NCBI GenBank assembly: GCA_963724145.1
Contig: CAVRTO010000011.1
Location: 6,970 to 70,969, forward strand
DNA: 64,000 bases
Source: an uncultured Solirubrobacteraceae bacterium
GTDB taxonomy: Bacteria > Actinomycetota > Thermoleophilia > Solirubrobacterales > Solirubrobacteraceae
Direction: 5' to 3'
Both the position numbers and the translations under genes were made by a program. Positions 26,749 through 36,203 of the stretch are shown piece by piece. The stretch's first letter is position 1; each line of letters starts with the position of its first letter. Under the pieces are notes generated by a model. The model had not been told where the DNA came from and ran no database searches. It saw only the letters and a program-made list of their open reading frames with translations.

Positions 26749-27946
26749 CTACGAGCCCTTGCCGCGGTCCACGGACTGGATCTCGAGCAGCGAGTCGATC
26801 CGCGCCTGGACGTCGACGGAGATCGCGTTCTCGTCGCCGATCATCCAGCCGTGGTTGTAGACGCCGCGGACCGGGTCCTTGTCGTAGCCGGGCTGGATGT
26901 CGAGCAGGTAGTCCTGGAGCGGCGCGGGCAGCGCGTTCCCCTCGGTGAGCAGCAGCTGCGGGCCGTAGGTGCCGGACGCCGAGAGCGGCGCGGCGGACGC
27001 GGCGTCGAGCGGCCGCTGGGTGTTGAGGAAGACGAGGCCGTGGCCGGGGTCGACGACGTTCCAGAGGTCCGGCTCGCGGGCGAAGGCGATCGCGTTGGCG
27101 ACCGGGTCCGCGCCGCTCACGCGCTTGACCTGGCCGAGCTCGCCGAGCTGCTTCTCGACCCGCGCCGAGACCGCCGCCTCCGGGCCGAGCACGTAGATCT
27201 GCGGCCGCTTGTGCGCGGTGATCGCCGCGCGCGTCGACGGCGGGATCGCGTCGCGCGTGACCCACAGCACCGGCTGGCCGGACTTCGCGGCCCAGCCGGC
27301 GGCCGGCATCGCGTAGCCCGGCTGCTCCGCCGAGGCGACGATGACGGCGCCGGTCGGCTTCCCGGCCGCCGCGGTCTGCAGCCGGTCGATCGCCTGCGCG
27401 AGCGCGGCGTAGTCCGCGCCCTCGACGGACGTCGCGCGGTAGCCCTCGGCGTCGGCGGCCTGGCCGACGCGGATGATCTGGGCGTTCCCGGCCTGCTTCG
27501 CCCCGGTCGGGATCAGCCGCCCGAGCGCCTGCTCGGTCGCGGGCGGGAGCGACCCGCCGTCGGAGAACAGCATCGGCGCGCGCAGCGGCGGCGCCATCAG
27601 CTGCGCGGTCGAGACCGCCACCCGCCAGTCGCTCGAGTCGACGAGCGCGACCGCCTCCGGGCGGGTGTCCTCGTCGCGCGACGGATAGACCGCCTGGGCG
27701 ACCGCCGCGGCGTCGGCGATCGGGATCGGCGCCGCCGACCCGCGTCGTGTTGCGGGTGGCGAAGGCGGGGAAGCCGAGATCGGTCGCGGCCTGCTCGTCG
27801 CCGCCGCCCTGACCCAGCGCCGGCGCCTGATCGCCCTCGCCGGGCGTCGGCGCCGCGTCGCCGGAGGAGTCGCCTCCGCCGCCGCAGCCTGCAAGCACGA
27901 GTGCAATGACGGCGAGCAAGCTCGCCGCTCTCAGCGGGGGGCGCAC
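26749..27946 (-). CDS. Lipoprotein with cell-wall-binding-repeat-2-like modules; apparent 1-nt frame disruption near 27720
   Basis: N-terminus MRPPLRAASLLAVIALVLAGCGGGG (lipobox) in one frame. The body in the next frame: IADAAAVAQAVYPS...AVALVDSSDWRVAVSTAQLMAPPLRAPMLFSDG...AVIVASAEQPGYAMPAAGWAAKSGQPVLWV. Confidence 0.6.
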
Positions 27947-28034
27947 GGCCAGAACGCTAGCGGCAAGCTGGACTTCCGCCCAAAATCAAGCCCCACTTGA
28001 GAAAAAAACCGCAAATTCGACAAAACTTGCCGCT

Positions 28035-28197
28035 TGCGTTCGCCGTCGGACCTTGTACAGTGCCCGGCCAAGCCGAACCCCCGGATGGATCCCGGGGGAC
28101 GGGGGAACCAATTTGTTGGGGCTAACCGCGACCTGAGCGTCGCGGGGCGCAGGCTCTTTCAGCGCCAGCCCGTCAGCTAACCCCGCAGGCCGACGAA
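28035..28197 (+). promoter_or_regulatory. c-di-AMP riboswitch (ydaO/yuaA class) in the 5' leader of the NlpC/P60 gene
   Basis: Pseudo-twofold pattern read directly: CCGAACCC...GGGGGACGGGGGAACCAA...GGGGCUAACC and CCAGCCCGUCAGCUAACCCCGCAGGC, closed by GCCGUCGG/CCGACG. It ends 9 nt before the SD-like AAAGAGG and the ATG at 28206. Confidence 0.8.
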
Positions 28198-28205
28198 AGA
28201 GGCTT

Positions 28206-28835
28206 ATGTCGTTGTCACTGCGGGGCGTCGCCCCCATCTTCATCGTGCTGTTGTGCGTCATCGTCCCGAGCGGGGCGTATGCGCAGTCGCCCGCCACGGG
28301 CGGCGCCGCCTATGAAGAGGAGCCCCCGCCGCCGGCCATGCTGCAGCCCGGGCTGTGGAGCGGCCAGGAAGTGCCCGGCACCAAGGCCAAGCTGCTCCCG
28401 GACGGCACCGCCGCCGCTCCGGCCGACGCGCCCGACCAGGTCAAGCAGGCGATCTGGGCCGCGAACTCGCTCCAGGACCTGCCCTACCTCTACGGCGGCG
28501 GGCACAACCTGAAGTTCAACGTCGCCAAGGGCGCCGACTGCTCCGGCACCGTCTCGTTCGCCCTCCACGGCGGCGACCTGCTGGACACGCCGCTCGACTC
28601 CGGCTCGTTCATGAAGTGGGGCGAGCGGGGCAAGGGCGCCTGGATCACCGTCTACACGAACCCCGGCCACGCCTACGCCGTGATCGCCGGGCTCCGGCTC
28701 GACACGAGCGTCGCCGGCATGTCGCGCACGCGGAAGACGAAGGCCGCCGTCAAGGCGTTCGAGTCCGGCCCGCGCTGGCGCCCGATGCCGCGCTCCGGGC
28801 GCGGGTTCGTGAAGCGCCACCCCACGTCCTTCTAA
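28206..28835 (+). CDS. Secreted NlpC/P60 (C40)-like cell-wall hydrolase
   Basis: Signal peptide MSLSLRGVAPIFIVLLCVIVPSGAYAQ; LPYLYGGGHN...GADCSGTVSFAL (catalytic Cys context) and NPGHAYAVIAG (His). Confidence 0.75.
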   Translation: MSLSLRGVAPIFIVLLCVIVPSGAYAQSPATGGAAYEEEPPPPAMLQPGLWSGQEVPGTKAKLLPDGTAAAPADAPDQVKQAIWAANSLQDLPYLYGGGHNLKFNVAKGADCSGTVSFALHGGDLLDTPLDSGSFMKWGERGKGAWITVYTNPGHAYAVIAGLRLDTSVAGMSRTRKTKAAVKAFESGPRWRPMPRSGRGFVKRHPTSF

Positions 28836-29011
28836 CGGCCGGCGCGGAGGTCGTGCAGCTGCCCGCCGCTCGGCGGGCGGCTCGCTGACGTCAGCTGCAC
28901 GCCGAGCACCGGCGACGATCTCCGCGGGTCGCCGCCCACCGGCGAATCGAGGCGGGTACGCTTGATGCAGACCCCGACCCGGAGGTAGCCGTGCCCGGAC
29001 TGGGCGGACGC

Positions 29012-29779
29012 ATGTCCACCGTCATCAAGGCGAAGATCAACAAGATGCTCGACAAGGCGGAGGATCCGTCCGAGACGCTCGAGTACTCCTATGCCAAGCA
29101 GATGGAGCTGCTCCAGAACGTCAAGAAGGGGATCGCCGACGTCGTCACCGCGAAGAAGCGGCTCCAGCTCCAGCAGCAGAAGCTCGAGCAGCAGGTCGTC
29201 AAGCTCGACACCCAGGCGCGCCAGGCGCTCTCCCAGGGTCGCGAGGACCTCGCGCGCACCGCGCTCGAGCGCAAGCAGTTCGCGCAGACCGAGCTCCAGA
29301 CCCTCGACCAGCAGGTCGTCGAGCTCGAGCAGCAGCAGCAGGGGCTGATCGACAAGGAGCAGAAGCTCCGCACGAAGCTCGAGCAGTTCCGCACCAAGAA
29401 GGAGGTCATCAAGGCCCAGTACTCGGCGGCCGAGGCGCAGGTGAAGATCTCCGAGGCCGCCACCGGCGTGGGCGAGGAGATGGCCGACGTCGGGCTGGCG
29501 ATGCAGCGTGCGGTCGACAAGACCGAGGGCATGCGCGCCCGCGCGAGCGCGATGGACGAGCTCGAGGCCGCCGGCGCCTTCGACGACAACCTGACGCTCA
29601 CCGAGGGTCAGGACGACATCGACCGCCAGCTCTCCGAGCTCACCTCGGGCAGCCAGGTCGACGACGACCTCGCCAAGATGAAGGCCGAGCTGGGCCAGGG
29701 CAGCGCGCCGTCGCCCGCCCTCGAGGAGGGCGCGCCGGCCGCCGACCAGCCGCAGCAGAGCCAGGGCGGCCAGGCGTGA
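29012..29779 (+). CDS. pspA: PspA/IM30 family protein (phage shock protein A-like)
   Basis: MSTVIKAKINKMLDKAEDPSETLEYSYAKQMELLQNVKKGIADVVTAKKRLQLQ..., a long heptad coiled coil typical of PspA. Start placed at the internal Met of the 28991 ORF. Confidence 0.85.
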   Translation: MSTVIKAKINKMLDKAEDPSETLEYSYAKQMELLQNVKKGIADVVTAKKRLQLQQQKLEQQVVKLDTQARQALSQGREDLARTALERKQFAQTELQTLDQQVVELEQQQQGLIDKEQKLRTKLEQFRTKKEVIKAQYSAAEAQVKISEAATGVGEEMADVGLAMQRAVDKTEGMRARASAMDELEAAGAFDDNLTLTEGQDDIDRQLSELTSGSQVDDDLAKMKAELGQGSAPSPALEEGAPAADQPQQSQGGQA

Positions 29780-30054
29780 TCGTCCGGATCGCGACGGAGG
29801 ACCAGTACCGCCTGCCGGACGAGGACGCCGAGCGCCTCAACGCGCTCGACAACGACGCGGTCGCGGCGGTCGAGGCCGACGACGAGGACCGCTTCCACGC
29901 GATCTTCGAGGAGATGCTCCAGCTCGTCCGCACCGACGGCCACCGCCTCGGCGACGACGAGCTGGAGGAGTCCGACGTGATCATCCCGCCGCCGGACCTC
30001 TCGTTCTCCGAGGCCCACCACGAGTTCAACGGCGAGGGCCTGATCCCGGACTAG
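29776..30054 (+). CDS. Small acidic PspA-associated protein (PspAA-like)
   Basis: GTGA overlap with the pspA stop. 92 aa: MIVRIATEDQYRLPDEDAERLNALDNDAVAAVEADDEDRFHAIFEEMLQLVRTDGHRL... Position and size match the PspA-associated family described in Actinobacteria. Confidence 0.65.
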   Translation: MIVRIATEDQYRLPDEDAERLNALDNDAVAAVEADDEDRFHAIFEEMLQLVRTDGHRLGDDELEESDVIIPPPDLSFSEAHHEFNGEGLIPD

Positions 30055-30130
30055 GACGCTCCGCGGGTCATCCGGACCGCGTTCTGATGGCGACGCCGGA
30101 CATCCGTGTCCGGTCGAGACCGCCTGTCGG

Positions 30131-30703
30131 CTAGATCGGGATGCCCCAGAGCGGGAACCAGCGCTCGAGCTCCGGCTCGATCGGCAGCTCGTGGCCGATC
30201 TGGGCCTTGAGGCGCAGCTCCCGCTCGGAGTCGCGGCGCTGGTCGCCGCCGGCGGGGACGAACGGGTAGTACGACCCGCGCTTGTAGTTGTAGATCCAGT
30301 AGACGGGGTTGTCGTGCGCGTCGCGGAACGCGAACACCGCGCACAGGATGCGCTCGCCGTAGCCGCCGTCCTGGAGCGCCTGGGAGACGACGTTGATGCC
30401 GACCACCAGGTCCTCGAACTCCTCGTCGGACAGGACCATCCAGCGGTAGCCGAAGTCGTCGTCGGTCCGGTCCACGCCGGTGCCGGTGTCCTCGCCGGTC
30501 CCGCGCAGGACCTCCTCCATGTCGGAGACGATCGACGAGAAGTCGGCCGTCGCGAGCGGCTGGAAGACGATCGCCGCCTTGCCCGACGACTTGAGCTCGA
30601 GCGTCATCTCGAGGCTCACGGCCGCCGTCGACATGGCGAACAGCCGGCTCTCCGCCGGCTGCTTGACCTTCCGCCTGCCGGTGAGGATGTCGAACAGGCC
30701 CAT
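30131..30703 (-). CDS. Conserved hypothetical protein translationally coupled to htpX
   Basis: 190-aa ORF MGLFDILTGRRKVKQPAESRLFAMSTAAVSLEMTLELKSSGKAAIVFQPL...YWIYNYKRGSYYPFVPAG. Its ATG shares one base with the htpX stop (TGATG). Confidence 0.6.
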   Translation of the reverse strand: MGLFDILTGRRKVKQPAESRLFAMSTAAVSLEMTLELKSSGKAAIVFQPLATADFSSIVSDMEEVLRGTGEDTGTGVDRTDDDFGYRWMVLSDEEFEDLVVGINVVSQALQDGGYGERILCAVFAFRDAHDNPVYWIYNYKRGSYYPFVPAGGDQRRDSERELRLKAQIGHELPIEPELERWFPLWGIPI

Positions 30704-31615
30704 CAGGCGGCGACGCCCTGCAGCTGGCGCTCCAGCCGCTCGAGCGCCGCGATCCGCTTCTCCATCGGCGGATGTGTCGAGAAGAGGCTGCCGATCGCCT
30801 TGCCGGCGCCGGGCGGGAAGATGTAGAACGCCGCGAGCTCGCTACTGGGCGCGCAGGTCCTTCTGCGGGATCCGGTCCATGCCGCTCGAGATCCGCGTCA
30901 GCGCCGAGGCCAGCGCGCTCGGGCGCCCGGTGATCAGCGCCGCGCCGCGGTCGGCCGCGTACTCGCGGTAGCGCGACAGCGCCTGCATGAGGAAGAACGA
31001 GACGACGTACACGGCGATCGAGACGAGGAACAGGACCATCGCGCTCGGGTTGTCGTCGTCGTCGCTCATGCCGCCGCCGAACAGGAAGCCGAACTGGACG
31101 ATGTAGGCGGCGATCGTCGCGAAGAAGGCGGCGAGCGTCATCACGATCACGTCGCGGTTGGCGACGTGCGTCAGCTCGTGGGCCATGACGCCCTCGAGCT
31201 CGGCGGGGGAGAGCAGCTCCATGATCCCGGTGGTCGCGCAGACCGTCGCGTTCTTCGGCGAGCGGCCGAGCGCGAACGCGTTCGGCATCCGCGTGTCGGC
31301 GACGGCGACCTTCGGCTTCGGCAGGTCGGCCTGGACGCACAGCCGGTCGATCATCGCGTGCAGCTCGGGCGCCTCCGCGGGCGTCACCTCGCGGGCGCCC
31401 ATCGCCCGCAGCGCGAGCTTGTCCGAGCCGAAGAGCTGGAAGATCGCGAGACCGCCCGCGATCAGCGCCACCAGGATCCCGCTGGCGCCCGCGGCGAGCA
31501 GCGCCACGATCAGCACCACGTAGACGAGGCCGAGCAGGAAGATGGTGAAGGTCATCCGGAGCTGGAGCCCGGTGTCCTTCCCGAATGAGGTGGGTCGCGC
31601 CATGGTCCGCATCAT
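30703..31615 (-). CDS. htpX: HtpX-type M48 zinc metalloprotease; apparent frame disruption near 30842
   Basis: TM N-terminus, MAHELTHVANRD (HExxH), EYAADRGAALITG. After a premature TAG, the normal tail SELAAFYIFPPGAGKAIGSLFSTHPPMEKRIAALERLERQLQG continues one frame on. Confidence 0.8.
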
Positions 31616-31744
31616 TCTGGCACCGACCGGGTGTCGTTGAGCGAGGTTTTAGGAGTCCCTGACGTGCAGGGTTCCTTGCAGTTCGGCCGCGGCAGGGGAT
31701 CTTGCGCGCCGAGCGGGGGAGGCCGCCCTAGCATCTCGCGCCGG

Positions 31745-32917
31745 ATGACCCGCCTGCGTCTGCTCGCGGCCGCACTCGCGACCCCGCTCGTCCTGTGGCT
31801 CTTCGTGCCCGTCCTGTCGGACGGCCAGTCGATCGGCACCAAGATCGAGCGCAAGCAGTCCCAGATCCAGGAGAAGAAGCAGCAGGAGGGGGTCCTGACC
31901 TCGACGATCCAGGGCTACTCGCAGCGCATCGGCGCGCTCCAGGGCGACATCGACACGCTGACCACGCGCCAGGTGCGGGTCGAGACCGACCTCGCCGCGA
32001 AGCGCGAGGAGCTCCAGAAGCTGCAGGACGAGCTGCGGCGCGAGCGGATCCGGCTGACCCAGCTGCGCGCCCGGCTCGCCGAGTCGCGGGCGGTGCTCAG
32101 CGACCGGCTCGTCGCGCTCTACAAGGCGGACAAGCCCGACGTCGTCACGGTGATCCTCGAGTCCGACGGCTTCGCCGACCTGCTCGAGCGCGCGGAGTTC
32201 ATGGAGCGCGTCTCCGACCAGGACGGGCGGATCATCAACGACGTCCGCGAGGCGAAGCAGGAGTCGGTCGCGGCGGAGAAGCGGCTCGACGGGCTCGAGG
32301 CCAGGCAGAGCGAGGTCACCGCGATCGTGGCGAAGCGCGCCGCGGAGATCCGCGAGATCAAGGACGGCCTCGTCAGCCGCCAGAACGGGCTGCAGGAGGT
32401 GCGCGCGGACAAGCACCAGACGCTCGTCTCCGTCCGCTCCGACCGCCACGAGCTCGAGACCAACCTGGCCTCGCTCGAGAAGGAGCAGGCGAAGATCGCC
32501 GCGCGGCTCGCCGGCGTCAACGTCCAGCCCGCCGGCTCCGTGCGGCACGGCTCGGGCCGCTTCATCTGGCCGGTCAACGGCACGTTCACCTCGCCGTTCG
32601 GCTACCGCTGGGGGCGGCTCCACGCCGGCATCGACATCGCCGTTCCCGAGGGCACCCCGATCCGCGCCGCCGACGGCGGCACCGTCGCGATCGCCGGCTG
32701 GACCGGCGGCTACGGCAACTACACCTGCATCAACCACGGCGGCGGCGTCTCCACGTGCTACGGCCACCAGTCGCGGATCGCGGTCTCGGTCGGCCAGAGC
32801 GTCAGCCAGGGCCAGGTCATCGGCTACTCCGGCAACACCGGCAACTCGACCGGCCCGCACCTCCACTTCGAGGTCCGGATCGGCGGCAATCCGGTCGACC
32901 CGATGGGGTACCTCTAG
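31745..32917 (+). CDS. Coiled-coil M23 (LytM/EnvC-like) peptidoglycan metalloendopeptidase
   Basis: Signal/anchor MTRLRLLAAALATPLVLWLFVP, then about 250 aa of coiled coil. M23 core GRLHAGIDIAVPEGTPIRAADGG...NHGGGVSTCYGHQS...GNTGNSTGPHLHFEVR. Confidence 0.85.
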   Translation: MTRLRLLAAALATPLVLWLFVPVLSDGQSIGTKIERKQSQIQEKKQQEGVLTSTIQGYSQRIGALQGDIDTLTTRQVRVETDLAAKREELQKLQDELRRERIRLTQLRARLAESRAVLSDRLVALYKADKPDVVTVILESDGFADLLERAEFMERVSDQDGRIINDVREAKQESVAAEKRLDGLEARQSEVTAIVAKRAAEIREIKDGLVSRQNGLQEVRADKHQTLVSVRSDRHELETNLASLEKEQAKIAARLAGVNVQPAGSVRHGSGRFIWPVNGTFTSPFGYRWGRLHAGIDIAVPEGTPIRAADGGTVAIAGWTGGYGNYTCINHGGGVSTCYGHQSRIAVSVGQSVSQGQVIGYSGNTGNSTGPHLHFEVRIGGNPVDPMGYL

Positions 32918-32938
32918 CCGCGCCGTACCCTCTAGGGA

Positions 32939-33697
32939 ATGCAGCCTGAGATCCACCTCGGCCCGCTGACCCTGCAGAGCTTCGGGCTGATGATGGGGCT
33001 GGGCTTCGTCGTCGCGGGGCTGCTCACCGCCAAGCGCCTGAAGGAGATCGGGCGCCCGCCCGACTGGGCCTACGAGATGGTCTTCGCCGCGCTGATCGGC
33101 GGCATCGTCGGCGCCCGGCTGTGGTCGATCGTCGAGAACTGGGACGACGCGAAGAACGACCTCGTCGGCTCGATCTTCTCCGGCACCGGGCTGGTCTTCT
33201 ACGGCGGGCTGCTGGGCGGCGCGATCGCGGTGCTCGGCTGGGCGAAGTGGCGCGGGACGCTCGACGCGATGCTCGTCGACTCCGTCGCGCCCGGCCTGGC
33301 GGCCGCGTACGCGATCGGCCGGATCGGCTGCCAGCTCGCCGGCGACGGCGACTACGGCAAGCCGTGGGACGGGCCGTGGGCGATGGCCTACCCCGACGGC
33401 ACCGTGCCGACGACCGAGACGGTCCATCCGACCCCGGTGTACGAGACGCTCGCGATGGGCGGCGTCGCCTGGTACCTGTGGCACATACGCGATCGCGTGC
33501 GCCCGGGCGGGCTGTTCGCGCTCTACCTCGTGCTGGCGGGCGCCGAGCGCTTCCTCGTCGAGTTCCTGCGCCGCAACGACCGCGTCGTGGCGGGGCTCAC
33601 CGTGCCGCAGCTGGTCGCGCTCGGGATGATGCTCGGCGGCGGCGCCTGGCTGTTGTACCTGCGCAGCAGCAGCGTGCCGGCGCCGGCGCGCTCCTGA
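32939..33697 (+). CDS. lgt: Prolipoprotein diacylglyceryl transferase
   Basis: GPLTLQSFGLMMGLGFVVAG...ALIGGIVGARLW...AYAIGRIGCQLAGDGDYGKP...HPTPVYETL...ALYLVLAGAERFLVEFLR. Confidence 0.8.
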   Translation: MQPEIHLGPLTLQSFGLMMGLGFVVAGLLTAKRLKEIGRPPDWAYEMVFAALIGGIVGARLWSIVENWDDAKNDLVGSIFSGTGLVFYGGLLGGAIAVLGWAKWRGTLDAMLVDSVAPGLAAAYAIGRIGCQLAGDGDYGKPWDGPWAMAYPDGTVPTTETVHPTPVYETLAMGGVAWYLWHIRDRVRPGGLFALYLVLAGAERFLVEFLRRNDRVVAGLTVPQLVALGMMLGGGAWLLYLRSSSVPAPARS

Positions 33698-33738
33698 GTC
33701 CCCCGCGCGGCCCGGTGCGTCATGCTTCCGCACCGATC

Positions 33739-34996
33739 ATGGCCGTGACCAGCCCGTCCGTGTACCCCGAGGCCGCCTCCGTGCAGGACGGGCGGCTGCT
33801 GATCGGCGGCTGCGACGCCGCCGGGCTCGCGCGCGACTTCGGCACGCCGGCCTACGTCATGGCGGAGGACGACCTGCGCGCCCGGGCGCGGGCGTTCCGC
33901 GGCGCGCTGGCCGCCCACCACGACGGCCCCGGCGAGGTGATCTTCGCGTCGAAGGCGTGTCCCGTCACCGCGGTCCTGCGCGTGTTCGCGGAGGAGGGGC
34001 TGGGCTGCGACGTGGCCTCGGGCGGTGAGCTGCACCTGGCGCTCAAGGCCGGGTTCGAGCCCGCCCGGCTGTACCTGCACGGCAACGCGAAGGGCGAGGA
34101 CGAGCTGGCCGCCGCGATCGCGGCCGGCGTCGGGACCGTGGTGGTCGACAACCTCGAGGACGTCGCCAAGCTGGCGCGCGTGCTGCCGCGCGGGCGCCCG
34201 CCAGGCCGTGCTGCTGCGCGTGCGGCCGGGGATCGACGCCGACACGCACGCCGCGATCCTCACCGGCCACGCCGAGTCGAAGTTCGGGCTGGACCCGCGC
34301 GAGGCGCGCGCGCTCGCCGACGACCCGCCCGCGCACCTCGACGTCCGCGGGTTCCACTTCCACCTCGGCTCGCAGCTCAACGATCCGACGCCCTACCGCG
34401 CCGCGGTCTCGGTGCTGGCGGGGCTCGGGCGACGCGCCGTCTACAGCCTCGGCGGCGGGTACGCGGTCGCCTACACCGCCGACGACCGGCCGCCCGCGAT
34501 CGAGGAGGCGGTCGCGGCCGTGGTCGAGGCCGCGCACGACCTGCTCGGCCCCGGCCGCGAGCTCGTGCTCGAGCCGGGCCGCGCGCTGGTCGCCAACGCC
34601 GGCGTGACGCTCTACACCGTCGAGTCCGTCAAGCGGCTGCCGGGCGGGGCGCGGCTCGTCGCCGTCGACGGCGGGATGTCCGACAACCCGCGCCCGATGC
34701 TCTACGACGCCGTCTACGAGGCGAGCGTCGCCGACCGCTTCGGCGCGCCGGGCGAGCCCGCCACGGTGGTCGGCAAGCACTGCGAGTCCGGCGACGTGCT
34801 GATCCGGCGGACGCGGCTGCCCGAGGTCGATCCCGGCGACGTCCTCGTCACGCCGGTCACCGGCGCCTACGGCCACGCGATGGCGTCGAACTACAACGGC
34901 GTCCGGCGGCCGCCGGTCGTCTTCTGCGCCGGCGGCGAGGCGCGCGCCGTCGTGCGCCGCGAGACCTACGAGGACCTCGGTGCCCGCGACCTTTAG
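33739..34996 (+). CDS. lysA: Diaminopimelate decarboxylase; apparent 1-nt frame disruption near 34190-34200
   Basis: FGTPAYVMAEDDLRARARAF...IFASKACPV...CDVASGGELHLAL, then one frame on AVLLRVRPGIDADTHAAILTGHAESKFGL...FHFHLGSQ...LGGGYAV...EPGRALVANAG...GKHCESGDVL...TGAYGHAMASNYN. Confidence 0.85.
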
Positions 34997-36203
34997 GGTC
35001 GGCCTCCTCGGCCACGGGACGGTCGGCTCCGCGTTCGCGGAGCTGCTGGCCGAGCGCGCGGACGCGGTCGCCGCGGTCACCGGCATGCGCCCGGAGCTCA
35101 CGGGCGTCCTCACCCGCTCGCGCGGCGACTTCGAGGCGATCCTCGACGGGTCGGACCTGATCGTCGAGGTGATCGGCGGGGTCGAGCCGGCGCGCGACTA
35201 CGTGCTGCGGGCGATGCGCGCCGGCAAGCACGTGGTCTCCGCCAACAAGCTGCTGCTCTCCCAGTACGGGGAGGAGCTCTGGGCGTGCGCGCGGGAGCAC
35301 GGCGTCCAGCTGCGCTTCGAGGCGGCGGTCGCGGGCGTCGTGCCGGTCATCCGCGTCCTCCAGGAGTCGCTCGCCGCGGCGCACGTCGAGCGGATCCACG
35401 GGATCGTCAACGGGACGACCAACTTCATCCTCAGCGAGATGGCGCGGTCCGGGATGAGCTACGAGCAGGCGCTCGCGCTGGCGCAGGAGCTCGGCTACGC
35501 CGAGGCCGACCCGACCGCCGACGTCAGCGGGCTCGACGCCGCGGCCAAGATGGCGATCCTCGCCCGGCTCGCGTTCGACACCCCGGTCCATCTCGACCAG
35601 GTCCGCTACGAGGGGATCGAGCACCTCACCCAGGACGACATCGCCTACGCGCAGCAGCTCGGCCTCGGGCTGAAGCTGATCGGGACCGCCGAGCGCGTCG
35701 ACGGCGGCCTCAGCGTGCGCGTCCATCCCGCGTTCCTCTACGGCGGCCATCCGCTCGCGTCGGTCAACGGGCCGTTCAACGCGGTCACCGTCGAGTCGGA
35801 CGCGATCACCGAGATCACGATGTCGGGCCCGGGGGCCGGCGGGCCGCAGACCGCCTCGGCGGTGCTCGGCGACGTGATCAGCGCGATGATCCCGCCCGCG
35901 ACGACGCCGGAGACCACCCAGTCGCTGCCGATCGTCAACGACGTCGAGAACGCGTTCTACCTGCACATGGAGGTCGACGACCGGCCCGGCGTGCTCGCCC
36001 AGGTGGCGGAGCTGCTCGGCATGCAGGGCGCGTCGATCAAGTCGGTCGTCCAGCGCGGGCTCGGCGACAACGCCTCGCTCGTGATGGTCCTCCATCCGCT
36101 GCTGGAGTCGCGCTTCTACGGCGCGGTGCAGCTGATCGGGCGGCTCGACTTCATCCGCTCCGCCCCGCGCGCGATCCGCGTGATCGAGGAGGAGTTCACG
36201 TAG
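34980..36203 (+). CDS. hom: Homoserine dehydrogenase (with C-terminal ACT domain)
   Basis: RVGLLGHGTVGSAF...VSANK...FEAAVAGVVPVIR...GIVNGTTNFILS...YAEADPTADVSGLDAAAKMAIL...ACT-like HMEVDDRPGVLAQVAELLG. Confidence 0.9.
   Translation: MPATFRVGLLGHGTVGSAFAELLAERADAVAAVTGMRPELTGVLTRSRGDFEAILDGSDLIVEVIGGVEPARDYVLRAMRAGKHVVSANKLLLSQYGEELWACAREHGVQLRFEAAVAGVVPVIRVLQESLAAAHVERIHGIVNGTTNFILSEMARSGMSYEQALALAQELGYAEADPTADVSGLDAAAKMAILARLAFDTPVHLDQVRYEGIEHLTQDDIAYAQQLGLGLKLIGTAERVDGGLSVRVHPAFLYGGHPLASVNGPFNAVTVESDAITEITMSGPGAGGPQTASAVLGDVISAMIPPATTPETTQSLPIVNDVENAFYLHMEVDDRPGVLAQVAELLGMQGASIKSVVQRGLGDNASLVMVLHPLLESRFYGAVQLIGRLDFIRSAPRAIRVIEEEFT

Noticed and set aside
28853-28905. Nested inverted repeats (CGTGCAGCTG...CAGCTGCACG enclosing CCCGCC-GCTC-GGCGGG and the palindrome GCTGACGTCAGC) upstream of pspA, considered as a regulatory operator
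   Set aside because: It lies directly after the NlpC/P60 stop, so a transcription terminator is the simplest reading. There is no second copy or recognisable regulator site to support more.
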